Positions 27,424-37,455 of a stretch of DNA of 64,000 bases are shown here, in pieces. How positions within the stretch are numbered: the stretch's first letter is position 1; each line of letters starts with the position of its first letter. Position numbers and translations under genes: made by a program. The DNA is from a bacterium (lineage in GTDB: Bacteria; Krumholzibacteriota; Krumholzibacteriia; G020349025). The stretch lies in contig JANLSU010000119.1 in NCBI GenBank assembly GCA_031362565.1, positions 1-64,000 of the forward strand. Direction: 5' to 3'. Below the pieces are notes generated by a model. It had not been told where the DNA came from and searched no databases. It was given only the letters and a program-made list of their open reading frames with translations.

Positions 27424-29457
27424 CTATCGAGTCGTACCGATCTCGATGCCGAGGGCCATTTGGCCGTCGCGCGCCCCGCGGGCAACATCCAGCCGGAGAA
27501 GTTCGTTCCGCCCCGGGAGCTGCAGCCGGAGTCCGGCGCCAAAGTCGGCCTGTGTGGCGGCCGAGGCGCGTTCGAACGGCGAACCGGGTCGCATGCCATC
27601 GACGAACGCGGCGAATCCGAGCGACAAGAGGCGGCGCGGCCAGGGCCAAACTTGCGTCTCGAGTCCGCCGTGCACGAGCTGGCGCGCGAACCCCTTGCCC
27701 GTCACAACCCCGCCGTCGAGCAGTGGATGGGCGCGCAACAGGAAGGTGCCGACCGGGCCCGAGCCCGCATTGGGCCAGAGCAGAAGCGGCGCATTCGAGC
27801 TGGCGGCGGCTTCGCCCGCACGACAGAGAATCCGCACCGTTCGGCGTTCAGCGCTGGTGCTCGAGCACCAACTGGCGAACAGATTACCGGTGGCATAAGG
27901 TTCGCGGCCGTGGGTATTCCAGGCGCGCGACACGCTGCCGCGCAACACCAATCGCTCGTTCGCGGCGCGCCGTTCGAGTCCGGCCTCGGCGACGACATCT
28001 TTGCCACGGCCGCTCCAGTGTTCAAGCGCACCGGTCACATCCAAGTGCCAATCTGCGGTGGCCCATTGGCCGCAACCGATGGCACTGCGACGGCGAGTCA
28101 CCAGGTCGAGTTCGCCTGGGGTTGCGTCCGCCAACCGATACGACTGGCGTTCCCAAAGCGCGTCGACGTGCCAGATCCCGAACGTACTCCAAGTCGACGG
28201 CACGTCGAGTCGCGCGGTGAACGCCGGCCGCTCTTTCCACCAGCGCCAGCTTGCACTCCACAGCTCGCCGTTGCCGGTTGGGGCGGCGAGTTCGAGGCGC
28301 AGCGTGCGCTCCGTGAGCGCGTGCACGGCGGCGGCGGGCAGAAAGGAATTGCCAGCGTTCCAACGCGGGCGCTCGAGCACGTTGACATTCACCTGCGCGG
28401 TGCCGCCGGGCTGTGGCACGTAGTCGATGTGGGCGATCTCTTGGCTTGGAAGCGACGCCAGCCGGCGGCGCGAACGGCGCAGAGACGCATCGGTCAACAG
28501 CGTGCCGGCCGGTTGATCGAGAAGACGCGTCACGACGTCGTAACGAGTCCGATCGAGCCCGTCGATGCGGGTCAGATCAACGCGCGGTTCGCGGATCTCG
28601 TTCCACGCCTCGAGCGCTGCAGCCGCATCGCCTTGCACGAAGCGCGCGGCAGCAAGAAGTTCGTACGTATATGTGTCACCGGGCTGCAAGCGGGCGGCGC
28701 GCGCTGCCAGATCTCCAGCCTCGCGCCAACGCTTCTGACGGAACCGCACGCCCGCCAATTCAACGAGCGGCAGAGCTGCGACGGGGTCGGCCTCGACGGC
28801 TGTCGTGAGCCGTTGTGCCGCGGATTGGAGTTCGTCGTCTGGCACCAGGTACGCGTCGAGCGAGGATTCGCCGGAGGGGCGCTCGGGCGGCAGGATCAAG
28901 AGGCCCCAGCTCCCTGCATCGCGCCACGTACGCTGCAACTGCCCGGCATCGACAACGCGAAATGGTCCGCGCCCCGGGTCGTGCAACGCGAAACGATTGG
29001 AGCTCGCCCCGACCAGCACGACGTAGTGGTTGCCGCCGCCACTTTCACGCACGAGCGCCACGACCGGCCGGCCGCGCTGCAGTTGCACGCGGGCTTCGGC
29101 GAGTCCGCCGCTGAAGCGGAACGCCCGCCAACCGTGCTCGCGCACGGCACGTTCCAATGCGTTCGCCTCGATGCCGGTGCCTTTGGCATCCACCAGCGCG
29201 GCGAAATCCTCGGCGCGAACCGCAGGTTCACCCCAAAAGCGCATGACCATTGCCAGCGCTGCTCCACCGCAAAGCGCCGGACTCTGAGGCACGAACGGAA
29301 CATCGAGCCAATGCACTCGCGCCGCCGTTGCGGCTTCTTTCGCCGTGGGCGCGTTCGCGGTTGCCGAGGATTCCACCGGAGAGAGCGCCATCGGTCCGGC
29401 GTGGACCGCCGGCGCGAGAAGCCAGGCGGCCACGGCGAAGCGCCAGCATCGCCTCAT
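27424..29457 (-). CDS. C39-like cysteine peptidase fused to TPR, POTRA-like and predicted beta-barrel domains
   Basis: VPFVPQ...CGGAALAMV, HYVV, HDP; IDGLDRTR POTRA-like segment; C-terminal ADFGAGLR...LRLDVARG. ATGA overlap with the upstream gene. Confidence 0.75.
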   Translation of the reverse strand: MRRCWRFAVAAWLLAPAVHAGPMALSPVESSATANAPTAKEAATAARVHWLDVPFVPQSPALCGGAALAMVMRFWGEPAVRAEDFAALVDAKGTGIEANALERAVREHGWRAFRFSGGLAEARVQLQRGRPVVALVRESGGGNHYVVLVGASSNRFALHDPGRGPFRVVDAGQLQRTWRDAGSWGLLILPPERPSGESSLDAYLVPDDELQSAAQRLTTAVEADPVAALPLVELAGVRFRQKRWREAGDLAARAARLQPGDTYTYELLAAARFVQGDAAAALEAWNEIREPRVDLTRIDGLDRTRYDVVTRLLDQPAGTLLTDASLRRSRRRLASLPSQEIAHIDYVPQPGGTAQVNVNVLERPRWNAGNSFLPAAAVHALTERTLRLELAAPTGNGELWSASWRWWKERPAFTARLDVPSTWSTFGIWHVDALWERQSYRLADATPGELDLVTRRRSAIGCGQWATADWHLDVTGALEHWSGRGKDVVAEAGLERRAANERLVLRGSVSRAWNTHGREPYATGNLFASWCSSTSAERRTVRILCRAGEAAASSNAPLLLWPNAGSGPVGTFLLRAHPLLDGGVVTGKGFARQLVHGGLETQVWPWPRRLLSLGFAAFVDGMRPGSPFERASAATQADFGAGLRLQLPGRNELLRLDVARGARDGQMALGIEIGTTR

Positions 29458-29840
29458 CCCGCGAGCAGGATCACGATAAGCAGGATGACGATCAGAGCCC
29501 CGGTCGTCAGATAGATCGTCGTGGCTCCACCGGCGAGCTGTGCTTGAGCACTCGCCGCCTGCGCTGCCAAGCGCTCGAGCTCCGGACCTTCGAGAGTCGT
29601 AGCTGCCGCTTTGGCGCGGGTCAGATCCAGGCCCGAGTTCGCCGCCAGATCGCGCACTTCCGGCCGTGACAAGAGGCTTTGAATCGCGGCGCGCTGTGAT
29701 GCTTGGTCGCTGACCCGGGTGGCGATCGCCACCTGCATCTCGGCGCGGCCGACCGTGGGCGCGATCTGGGCCGTGGCACGCCCGGCGCACAGGGTCGAGG
29801 CCAGAACGAGAGTCACCGAAAGAACCGATTGAATTCGCAT
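29454..29840 (-). CDS. PA2779-like protein
   Basis: Signal peptide; LLSRPEV...ELERLA...AGG, then a C-terminal hydrophobic helix LIVILLIVILL. Confidence 0.75.
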   Translation of the reverse strand: MRIQSVLSVTLVLASTLCAGRATAQIAPTVGRAEMQVAIATRVSDQASQRAAIQSLLSRPEVRDLAANSGLDLTRAKAAATTLEGPELERLAAQAASAQAQLAGGATTIYLTTGALIVILLIVILLAG

Positions 29841-29936
29841 TGCAAGGCTCCTTTGTTTCGAAGTCGCGCCGTCCCGAAGTCCTTTCGAGACCTCCGAGCG
29901 GATAGGGCAGTCGTTTCGTTCAGCCAGCCGCCTGCC

Positions 29937-30083
29937 TTACAGCGGCTTGCGTCCGGCAATGATGCGAAGCAAAACCACGACGACGGCGATCACGAGCAAC
30001 AGATGGATGAGGCCACCGCCCACGTGGCCGATGAACCCGAGCAGCCAGAGAATGACTAGGACGACTGCAATCGTGTACAGCAT
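29937..30083 (-). CDS. lmo0937-family (DUF5670) small membrane protein
   Basis: Below the ORF-track cutoff: MLYTIAVVLVILWLLGFIGHVGGGLIHLLLVIAVVVVLLRIIAGRKPL; SD GGAGG. Confidence 0.88.
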   Translation of the reverse strand: MLYTIAVVLVILWLLGFIGHVGGGLIHLLLVIAVVVVLLRIIAGRKPL

Positions 30084-30137
30084 TTGAAATTCACCTCCGT
30101 CGCAACGTGCGTGACAACCACGCAGTTGGCTCGCGGC

Positions 30138-30350
30138 TTAGGCGCGGCGGCGGCCGGACGCCAGGAGCGCCACACCGCCGATGAGCGCGATCGCGCCGAC
30201 GACCGGCGGAATCGGCACGCTCTTGTGCTCTGTTGCGGTGGCTTTGATCCCACCGACCTCGACGAGGGTGTGCTGGCGGTTGTATCCGAAACCGCCATAC
30301 ACGAGCGCCACAATTCCCACGATCACGAGTACGATGCCGAGAGTTTTCAT
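30138..30350 (-). CDS. Small two-TM membrane protein (DUF3185-like)
   Basis: MKTLGIVLVIVGIVALVYGGF...IPPVVGAIALIGGVALL; SD AGGAG. Confidence 0.8.
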   Translation of the reverse strand: MKTLGIVLVIVGIVALVYGGFGYNRQHTLVEVGGIKATATEHKSVPIPPVVGAIALIGGVALLASGRRRA

Positions 30351-30721
30351 CCTGCACGCTCCTTTGATTGTTGTCGCCGCTCGAGAACTTTCTCGACAGT
30401 GCGCAGAATCTCGCGTGGATCTGCGCCGGATTGGCGCACGGTGCGCAGCAACGCCCCTGCTCCAGGTGTCGCGGCGGCCCAGGCGCGCGTCTTGGGATCG
30501 ATCCCGGTGACGAGGCGCTCGAGGGATGCGAATGTCGCCCCGGCGCCGCGCAACTCGCGGGCGAGCTTCCGGAGTAGTTTCTCGGAGGGGCGGCGGCGGT
30601 CGTGTTCGACGTCGGACAGGTGCGCTGCCGAAATTCCGAGTTGGATCGCAAGCCCTCGTAAACTGATGTCGGACTGCAACCGGAGCCTGCGAAGTTCTTC
30701 ACCGAGGAGCGGGGCGTTCAT
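30347..30721 (-). CDS. XRE-family HTH transcriptional regulator
   Basis: GEELRRLR...SLRGLA...ISAAHLSDVE...PS. Confidence 0.85.
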   Translation of the reverse strand: MNAPLLGEELRRLRLQSDISLRGLAIQLGISAAHLSDVEHDRRRPSEKLLRKLARELRGAGATFASLERLVTGIDPKTRAWAAATPGAGALLRTVRQSGADPREILRTVEKVLERRQQSKERAG

Positions 30722-30965
30722 GCCTGGACGTTAGCTTACATGGCGAACAGAAGCAAGATTTCGCGGTGTTACAAGTGATATTTGCGATTGCGGAAACGTC
30801 ATGAATAGAAGTTCACACTGCGTTCACGCCGTCGGTTTCGTGAGCAACGCGTGACATTGGGATGACAAAGTCGTCATAATTCAAAAGCGTTTGGACACCA
30901 AGCGGTGGTTTGCCGACAATGATGAGTTCCAGAGCACTACAGATCTCAGAACGAGGAACCACAGC

Positions 30966-33227
30966 ATGAAAACCATCCGCAGTGCCATGACGCGATTCGT
31001 CGTCGCAACCCTTGCCGGCCTGGCGTTGCTGGCACCTTTCAACCCGACCGCCGCTCACGGCCCGCTCGAAGAGCAGATTGCGACGGTCTCACAGGCGATC
31101 CTCGCACATCCGCAAGACGCCGCACTCTATTTGCAGCGCGGTGAATTGCGGCGGTTGGCGCACGACTGGGACGGCGCGCAAGGCGACTACGACCACGCCT
31201 CTCAGCTCGAGCCACACCGCTCCGAGACAGCGCTGTGCCGCGCGGCCTTGGCGCTCGACAGGGGTGACAACGCGGCGGCGCTGCAAGAATTAAACGCGTT
31301 CCTCGCCGAACACCCCGGTCATGCCGAGGGATTCCTCCTTCGCAGCCGCGCCTGGCGCGCAGCGAGCCGCCTGGCCGAAGCCGTTGCCGATTTGGATCGG
31401 GCGATTGCGCTGCTGCCGAACCCGCGTCCGGAGCAGTATCTGGAGCGCGCGCGGCTGGTCGCGGGTGCGAATGGAATGGGCGTCGACGCAGCACTTCGCG
31501 GCCTCGACGCCGGAATTGAGCGGCTCGGGCCAATCGTGTCGCTGGAGTCGTACGCGATCGATCTCGAGACTGCCGCCGGCAGGCCCGGTGCGGCGCGAGC
31601 GCGATTGACGCGGATCGAAACGCCGGCCGCTCCGCAACAGTCGCAGCGCGCCGCGATTGTCGCGGCATCCGGCACCGGTGCGGGCATCGCGGTCACGACT
31701 CTGACGCGCGCGCCCTATCTACAAGTCGGTACACCGACGAGCGTCGTTGTGCGATGGCGCACCGCCCTGCCTTCGGACAGCCGCATCCGCTACGGTGATG
31801 CCCCCGGAAGTCTTGGCAACTCTGTCGACGACCCGGCGCTCGTCACCGAGCACGAACTGATGCTCACCGCTCTCACGTCCGGCACCCAGTACTACTATTC
31901 CGTCGGCACCAGCACCGAGACTCTCGCCGGTGACGACGCGTCCCACTTCGTAGTCACGTCGCCGGTTCCCGGCGAGCGCACACCGTTACGCATTTGGGCG
32001 ATTGGCGATTCGGGCCAGCCCGGCTCTTCGCAGCTCGCGGTGCGCGACGCCTACAGCACCTATACCGGCACCCGCGGCACCGACGTGTGGCTCATGCTGG
32101 GCGACAATGCCTACAACACCGGCACCGACGCCGAGTATCAAGCGGGTGCCTTCGACCCCTACAAGACCATGCTTGGCCAGTGCGTCCTGTGGCCGACGCG
32201 GGGCAACCACGATCTCGTCTTTGCGGGCGCCAACAACGACTACTACGACATCTTCACACTGCCGGCGTCGGGCGAGGCCGGCGGCATTGCCTCGGGCACC
32301 GAGGCTTACTACTCGTTCGATCACGGCAATGTTCACTTTGTCTGTCTCGACTCGGAAGGCTCGAGCCGTTTACCAACAGGCGCCATGGCGGTGTGGCTGT
32401 GTGCGGATCTCACGGCCAACCATCGTGATTGGACAATCGCCTACTGGCATCATCCGCCTTACACCAAAGGCTCGCACGATTCCGACAACAACAGCGACAG
32501 CGGCGCCCGCATGCGGGACATGCGCGCCACGTTCGTGCCCATCCTCGACTCGCTCGGCGTGGACCTGACGCTGACCGGCCATAGCCACTCCTACGAGCGT
32601 TCGTTTCTTCTCGACCGCCACTACGGCGTGTCGACCACCCTCACACCGGCGATGATCTTGAACCAGGGCAGCGGCAATCCCGCCACCGACGGTGCTTATG
32701 CCAAGGCCACTCTGGGCTCCGCGTTCCATGAGGGCGCCGTGCACGTGGTCGCCGGCAGCAGCTCCCATACGAGCGGCGGATTGCTCAACCATCCAGCGAT
32801 GTTTACGTCGATGAACATTCTGGGATCGATGGTCGTGGACGTCGACGGACCGGCGTTGACGGCCCGCTTCGTGGACAACGCCGGCGCGGTCCGCGACTAC
32901 TTCTCCATCGTCAAAACCACGGCCACGAGCACAGAGAGCGACTTGCGCGTCGATCTGCGTCTCGCGGCGGCGCACCCCAATCCGTTCATGGAACGGACGT
33001 ATCTTTCGTACTCGCTGCCGGCCGCCGGATCGGTACGCCTCACGGTGCACGATGCCGCCGGACACCGGGTCGCGACGATCGTCGACGGTCACCGTCCAGC
33101 GGGCCCGCATGCTGTCGACTGGAACGGCCGCGACGAACGCGGCCGGCGTGTGGCTGCGGGTGTGTACTTCGCGCGCCTGCAGTTCGCGGGGGCGTCGCGC
33201 CTCGGCAAGATCGTCTTGTCGCAGTAG
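30966..33227 (+). CDS. TPR + purple-acid-phosphatase-like metallophosphoesterase + FlgD-Ig secreted protein
   Basis: Signal peptide; TPRs; PYLQ FN3-like domain; GDSG, GDNAY, GNHD, HHPPY, GHSHSYER; PNPF...WNGRD...AGVY. Confidence 0.88.
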   Translation: MKTIRSAMTRFVVATLAGLALLAPFNPTAAHGPLEEQIATVSQAILAHPQDAALYLQRGELRRLAHDWDGAQGDYDHASQLEPHRSETALCRAALALDRGDNAAALQELNAFLAEHPGHAEGFLLRSRAWRAASRLAEAVADLDRAIALLPNPRPEQYLERARLVAGANGMGVDAALRGLDAGIERLGPIVSLESYAIDLETAAGRPGAARARLTRIETPAAPQQSQRAAIVAASGTGAGIAVTTLTRAPYLQVGTPTSVVVRWRTALPSDSRIRYGDAPGSLGNSVDDPALVTEHELMLTALTSGTQYYYSVGTSTETLAGDDASHFVVTSPVPGERTPLRIWAIGDSGQPGSSQLAVRDAYSTYTGTRGTDVWLMLGDNAYNTGTDAEYQAGAFDPYKTMLGQCVLWPTRGNHDLVFAGANNDYYDIFTLPASGEAGGIASGTEAYYSFDHGNVHFVCLDSEGSSRLPTGAMAVWLCADLTANHRDWTIAYWHHPPYTKGSHDSDNNSDSGARMRDMRATFVPILDSLGVDLTLTGHSHSYERSFLLDRHYGVSTTLTPAMILNQGSGNPATDGAYAKATLGSAFHEGAVHVVAGSSSHTSGGLLNHPAMFTSMNILGSMVVDVDGPALTARFVDNAGAVRDYFSIVKTTATSTESDLRVDLRLAAAHPNPFMERTYLSYSLPAAGSVRLTVHDAAGHRVATIVDGHRPAGPHAVDWNGRDERGRRVAAGVYFARLQFAGASRLGKIVLSQ

Positions 33228-33242
33228 TCTCAGGCCAGAGAG

Positions 33243-33272
33243 TGCCCAAGGAGGCTCGTGCCTCCTTGGGCA
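33243..33272. terminator. Perfect hairpin between convergent genes
   Basis: 13-bp stem TGCCCAAGGAGGC/GCCTCCTTGGGCA. Confidence 0.65.
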
Positions 33273-33283
33273 AGGCCGTCCGG

Positions 33284-34570
33284 TCAGATGAACCCGAGAA
33301 ATGCCAGCAGATCCGAGCGCTGCTGCGGGGCCAGCCGTTCGAAGAGATCGCGCGCTCGCGCCGCCTCGCCGTCGTGAGCCTGGATGGCGTCGGCGATGCC
33401 GACGGCGCGTCCGTCATGCAAGTACGGTCCGCTCACCCTCAATCCCCACAGCGGTGCCGTCCGCATCTCGCGTCCCTTTGCCTGCCCCTGCTCGATCCCG
33501 TCGCCAAGTGACCCCATGTCATGCAGAAGAAGATCCGAGAACGGGAAGATGCGGCGGAAGGAGAGCGCCGCGACACCGCGCACTTCGCCGGTGATGAACG
33601 ACGGCTGATGACAACGCGCGCACTGGACGCCGGCGAAAACGCGCGAGCCACGCACGACCGCATCGGTGGGTGGTCCAGCGACGGGTGGTGGTGCCAGAAA
33701 GCGCATGAAGTCCGCGAACTTCTCGACCCCGTCGCTCATACCGTTGCCGTCAAGATCCGCGTCCTCCATTTCACTTCCAGGTGCGCCGTCATCACAGACG
33801 ATCGCGCCACCTTGCGGGGCGCTTTCGTTCGGGAACAGGTTGTTGGTGATTCCCATTTCATTCAAGTATGCGTCGCCGGCAAACGCCAACACCGAAGGCA
33901 CCTGAGCCTTCCAGCCGAAGCGCCCGATTGCCAGGCGATTCGTGACCGGATTTGTGACCATGTTCGGCCTTCCCGAGATTCCGTCGCGATTCCGATCGTT
34001 CGGATCCGCCAGCGCACGCAGGGCGAAATCAGGGATCGCATCGAGCAAACCCAACCCGAAGAGCGGCGTCGTTTGGCGGCCCGCGACGATGTTCGCCTCG
34101 AAGGGCACGTGTTCGGTGGGCTGAGCACAGTCACCGTTCTTGATGCCTTGGGCTTGGATGAGTGAGCCACCGAATTGCGACAGTGGGTTGAAGCTACCGT
34201 CGGCGTTGCGTTTGCCGAAGCGGGTTTCGATACCAGTGCCGGCGCCGCCGATCCCACCTTGGATGTGGCATGCGACGCAACTCACATCGTTGAATACCGG
34301 CCCGAGACCGTCTTCCGGTAGTTCGATTTCTTCGAATTCGTCTTTGCCGGCGCCAAAACGCGATAGAAGTGCGGCTGGCAATCCCGGCAGTGGATTGCCA
34401 AAGTCCAAAGACGACGATTCGATCACCGCTTTTTCGCAGTCTTGGACGAGCAGAGCCTCGTCCGTGACGCCGGGCGTGTCGGCCTGTGGGTCGGGGGACA
34501 CGGCGTCTTCGCCACATCCGGTACACCACAGGACCATCACGACCGCGACGCCAAAGCGCACGCGATGCAT
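33284..34570 (-). CDS. Di-heme oxidoreductase (DHOR) family lipoprotein
   Basis: GLGPVFN..SCVACH, GRFGWKA, CARCH, SDLLLHDMG, RTAPLWG, YLHDGRA. Confidence 0.9.
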   Translation of the reverse strand: MHRVRFGVAVVMVLWCTGCGEDAVSPDPQADTPGVTDEALLVQDCEKAVIESSSLDFGNPLPGLPAALLSRFGAGKDEFEEIELPEDGLGPVFNDVSCVACHIQGGIGGAGTGIETRFGKRNADGSFNPLSQFGGSLIQAQGIKNGDCAQPTEHVPFEANIVAGRQTTPLFGLGLLDAIPDFALRALADPNDRNRDGISGRPNMVTNPVTNRLAIGRFGWKAQVPSVLAFAGDAYLNEMGITNNLFPNESAPQGGAIVCDDGAPGSEMEDADLDGNGMSDGVEKFADFMRFLAPPPVAGPPTDAVVRGSRVFAGVQCARCHQPSFITGEVRGVAALSFRRIFPFSDLLLHDMGSLGDGIEQGQAKGREMRTAPLWGLRVSGPYLHDGRAVGIADAIQAHDGEAARARDLFERLAPQQRSDLLAFLGFI

Positions 34571-34990
34571 GGCTTTCTCCTCGCAGTTGTTTCGCTACAG
34601 AGACACGTCGGCCATGCATTCTGCGCATGCTTCTGCGCTGGGGCACGGAAGCACGAGCGGTCACACCGGGGGCTTGGGGTTCGTGACGATTTGTTCATGT
34701 GCATGGGGCGTACCGCGGCGGCGGCAGACCGGGCGTTTCCGGCGCTCGTCGGTTCGAATTCATGACGTTGCGATGGAACAGCGAAGTCGCGACAGGCATA
34801 GAGCGCAGAACATCCGGTGGACTCGAACCTCGCCGCAGAAGCACGACAAAGAATCGCCGGTAAAGCATGTGTCGTGAATGACGCTGCCGCAGCGCCGGTG
34901 TGTCCCGATACACCCGGTGGATCACCCGAGAACGGCCTTCTGTGCGCAATCCGACCCGTGTCGTTCCGACGCAACGATTTCAGACGCCGG

Positions 34991-35899
34991 TCAGCGGTAC
35001 AGCGCCTTTACGGCATCCCAGCCGACGTGATTCGCGCTCAGCACATTGGAGGTCGTGAAGCTCCACACCGGACTCGTCGCCATGCCACAGTCGAAATCCG
35101 GCGTTTCGGAGACGCTCCAGTAGTACGTCGTTTCCGGCAACAGCGGCCCTGGATCGAACTGGAGTGGTGCTTCGAAATTGAGATACACGAGCGGCGGCGC
35201 GGGATCCGTGCCGAAGTGGATCGCGGCGTTCGCCGTCCCAATACCGCAGCACACGAAGCGCCCGACGAGTTCCCATGCGAGTTGCGCGTCCATCTCGACG
35301 TTCGTGGCATGGTCCGGCGGGCTTGGATTCGCGGGGCTCGGAATCCGTGGTCCAGGCGAGTAGTCGCCCCCGCCGACGCATTGTTTCGTGAACGTCGGCG
35401 CGTCGCAGAGTGTCACCAGCGGGCAATTGAAGTTCGGATTCCCCGGCGGAATGCGCCCATTCACGTGCAGCGTGAAGTCCGTCGGCGCGCCGGGAAGCGG
35501 TAGCAGGCTGACGGAGAACAGAGTCAGAAAGGCGCCATCGGCGGACTGACAGCCGGAGAAGGCCGTTTGACAACCGTCTCCAAAGGGATCACCGATGGTG
35601 ACATTCGCGAGCGGATTCGGCGTCGACGTGTGAAGATACTCCGGCGGAAGTCCGCTGATGGAAAACTCCGCACCCGAGATCCCGGCCGGCGAGCCGAGCT
35701 GGACGACGATGTAGTTCGATTGGCCGGGGCCGGTATTGACGTAGCAGTTGGTGCCATCGGCTGCACCGAAGACCGAAATCGCGACGCCGGAAGCCTGGGT
35801 TGGAACGGTGGCAGACACGAACAGAGCCACGCCGCATACGAGCCACGCACTCCGTTGTGAAACGTGCAGAATGGTGCGGCGAATGCGCCATCGGGTCAT
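34991..35899 (-). CDS. Secreted Cys-rich hypothetical protein with an FN3-like domain and WDAVKALYR tail
   Basis: Signal peptide; NPSPPDHAT...LLPETTYYW...VWSFTT; ends VGWDAVKALYR. Confidence 0.75.
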   Translation of the reverse strand: MTRWRIRRTILHVSQRSAWLVCGVALFVSATVPTQASGVAISVFGAADGTNCYVNTGPGQSNYIVVQLGSPAGISGAEFSISGLPPEYLHTSTPNPLANVTIGDPFGDGCQTAFSGCQSADGAFLTLFSVSLLPLPGAPTDFTLHVNGRIPPGNPNFNCPLVTLCDAPTFTKQCVGGGDYSPGPRIPSPANPSPPDHATNVEMDAQLAWELVGRFVCCGIGTANAAIHFGTDPAPPLVYLNFEAPLQFDPGPLLPETTYYWSVSETPDFDCGMATSPVWSFTTSNVLSANHVGWDAVKALYR

Positions 35900-36043
35900 G
35901 ACGACACCTCGCTTTACAACAGCGCCGGGGCGCCGGGGTGATGCAGGTGGGTGAATTGTACTCCCGCCGCCGGGTCGCAGCAAGACGGCGCGAAGCCGAT
36001 GGTACTTCGTGGAGCGTTGGGCCTGGCCCGTGCGGTGATCGCT

Positions 36044-37306
36044 CTAACGGCGGGCGCGTCGCCAAGCGAAGCCCAACGACACCGTGCTGATAAGGTCTTC
36101 GCGCGACCGGGTGGGACTGCTGGCGGCAAGCGCATCCAATTCCTCGACGAAACCGAGGCTCATGGAGAACTCACCGAGCCGCAACGGCCACACGTACGCC
36201 AACCATGCCCCCGAGTAGGCGAGAGATTTCTTGAACCGCTCGTCGTAGACCGCCTGCAGTTCGAGATGCAGGCGCGGCACGAGCCTCTGGTCGAACCGCA
36301 CGTCGTAGTGGTCGTAGCTGATGAGCTGGCGGTGGGCGGCGTGAACCCGCGAACCGAACCCGGCATACTCGAGCCGCGCCCAGGCGCCGCTCCACGGCCG
36401 TGCATCGACATCGAATCCGATGAGATAGTTGGGGTCGGCGCGATTCAAGAACGTCGCGCGCGCGTCGCGGTCGTCGCCGTAGTGAGCGCGAATGCCCCAG
36501 TCGTACCAACGCAACGCCGGCGTGATGCCGAAGCGCTCCACACCGATGCGGAAGAGATCGAGCCTGGTGGTGATCTCGAGCGGCTGATACGACGGCGTGC
36601 CGTTGGCGATGCGGAGCGTCGCACCGGTTCGATGTCCGGTCCGCTCCGGCGTCACGCGCAAGATTCCAAGTTCGATTCCGCCCTGCGACTCCCACCACTG
36701 CCGGTCCACCCATTTGTCGGAGCGTTCGAAAAGTTCCTCGAGACGCGCGACGGCGAGCACCGTTTCGGCCGGCGCAAAGGCGCGCGGCGCGGTGGATGGC
36801 GGTAGTGCCGTGCCGGGCGATTGCGCGCCGATCGCCTGCCGCAGCGCGTCGATTTCGCGGCGCAAGGTCGCCAGCGAATCCTCGAGCACCTTCGAGCGCG
36901 GTTCGACGTAGACTCGTACCTCGGCACGACCGGTCGTACGCACGAATCCGAGCGGCGACACGCCGAGATACTGCGCCACATTCTGCCAGCGCGTTTCGCC
37001 AAGCCGTTCACTCAAACGCTCGGACGCCTTCGGCGTGACCTTGAAATACCGGCTCGGGTCGTGATCGCCCTCGAAGGAATAGATGTAGCCGGCCGGCGGA
37101 TAGCGTCGCAGGAGATCGTCAAGAACGGCGCGGTGTTCTGGGAGAAGTTCAGCCAGGCCAGGATCGAAAGCCAGAGTCGCAACCGAGGCCCGAACCTGGG
37201 CGACGGCCGCGGCCGGCGGGTCGAACAGGGCGAACAGCCCCACGAATACGAGCCCACGGCGCAAGGCGCGACGAACCGCGCGGCACACTTCGAAACGAGT
37301 GGCCAT
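36044..37306 (-). CDS. Secreted hypothetical protein, possible C-terminal beta-barrel
   Basis: Signal peptide, short coiled coil, aromatic-rich alternating strands ending SLGFAW. Confidence 0.65.
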   Translation of the reverse strand: MATRFEVCRAVRRALRRGLVFVGLFALFDPPAAAVAQVRASVATLAFDPGLAELLPEHRAVLDDLLRRYPPAGYIYSFEGDHDPSRYFKVTPKASERLSERLGETRWQNVAQYLGVSPLGFVRTTGRAEVRVYVEPRSKVLEDSLATLRREIDALRQAIGAQSPGTALPPSTAPRAFAPAETVLAVARLEELFERSDKWVDRQWWESQGGIELGILRVTPERTGHRTGATLRIANGTPSYQPLEITTRLDLFRIGVERFGITPALRWYDWGIRAHYGDDRDARATFLNRADPNYLIGFDVDARPWSGAWARLEYAGFGSRVHAAHRQLISYDHYDVRFDQRLVPRLHLELQAVYDERFKKSLAYSGAWLAYVWPLRLGEFSMSLGFVEELDALAASSPTRSREDLISTVSLGFAWRRARR

Positions 37307-37455
37307 GTCGGAAGCGTGGGCGTCTTTCGACCAGCAGACAAGACTTTTCGGCGCGAAATTACATGCTCGCGTGTGGAATCACACCAGAGCGGCGGTAGTG
37401 AACGTCGTGCGAATCACTCCAGCCAGCAGAGTCTGGATTGCGGTGACTGGAAGGC

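Noticed and set aside
27415..29514. Long plus-strand ORF of 699 aa (and similar ones at 37525-39063, 40330-42153, 51095-53038)
   Set aside because: These are antisense shadows of well-supported minus-strand genes in GC-rich DNA and show no recognisable motifs.
30722..30965. AT-rich intergenic stretch as an ncRNA or insertion
   Set aside because: It fits a divergent promoter region; I saw no stable structure or repeat.
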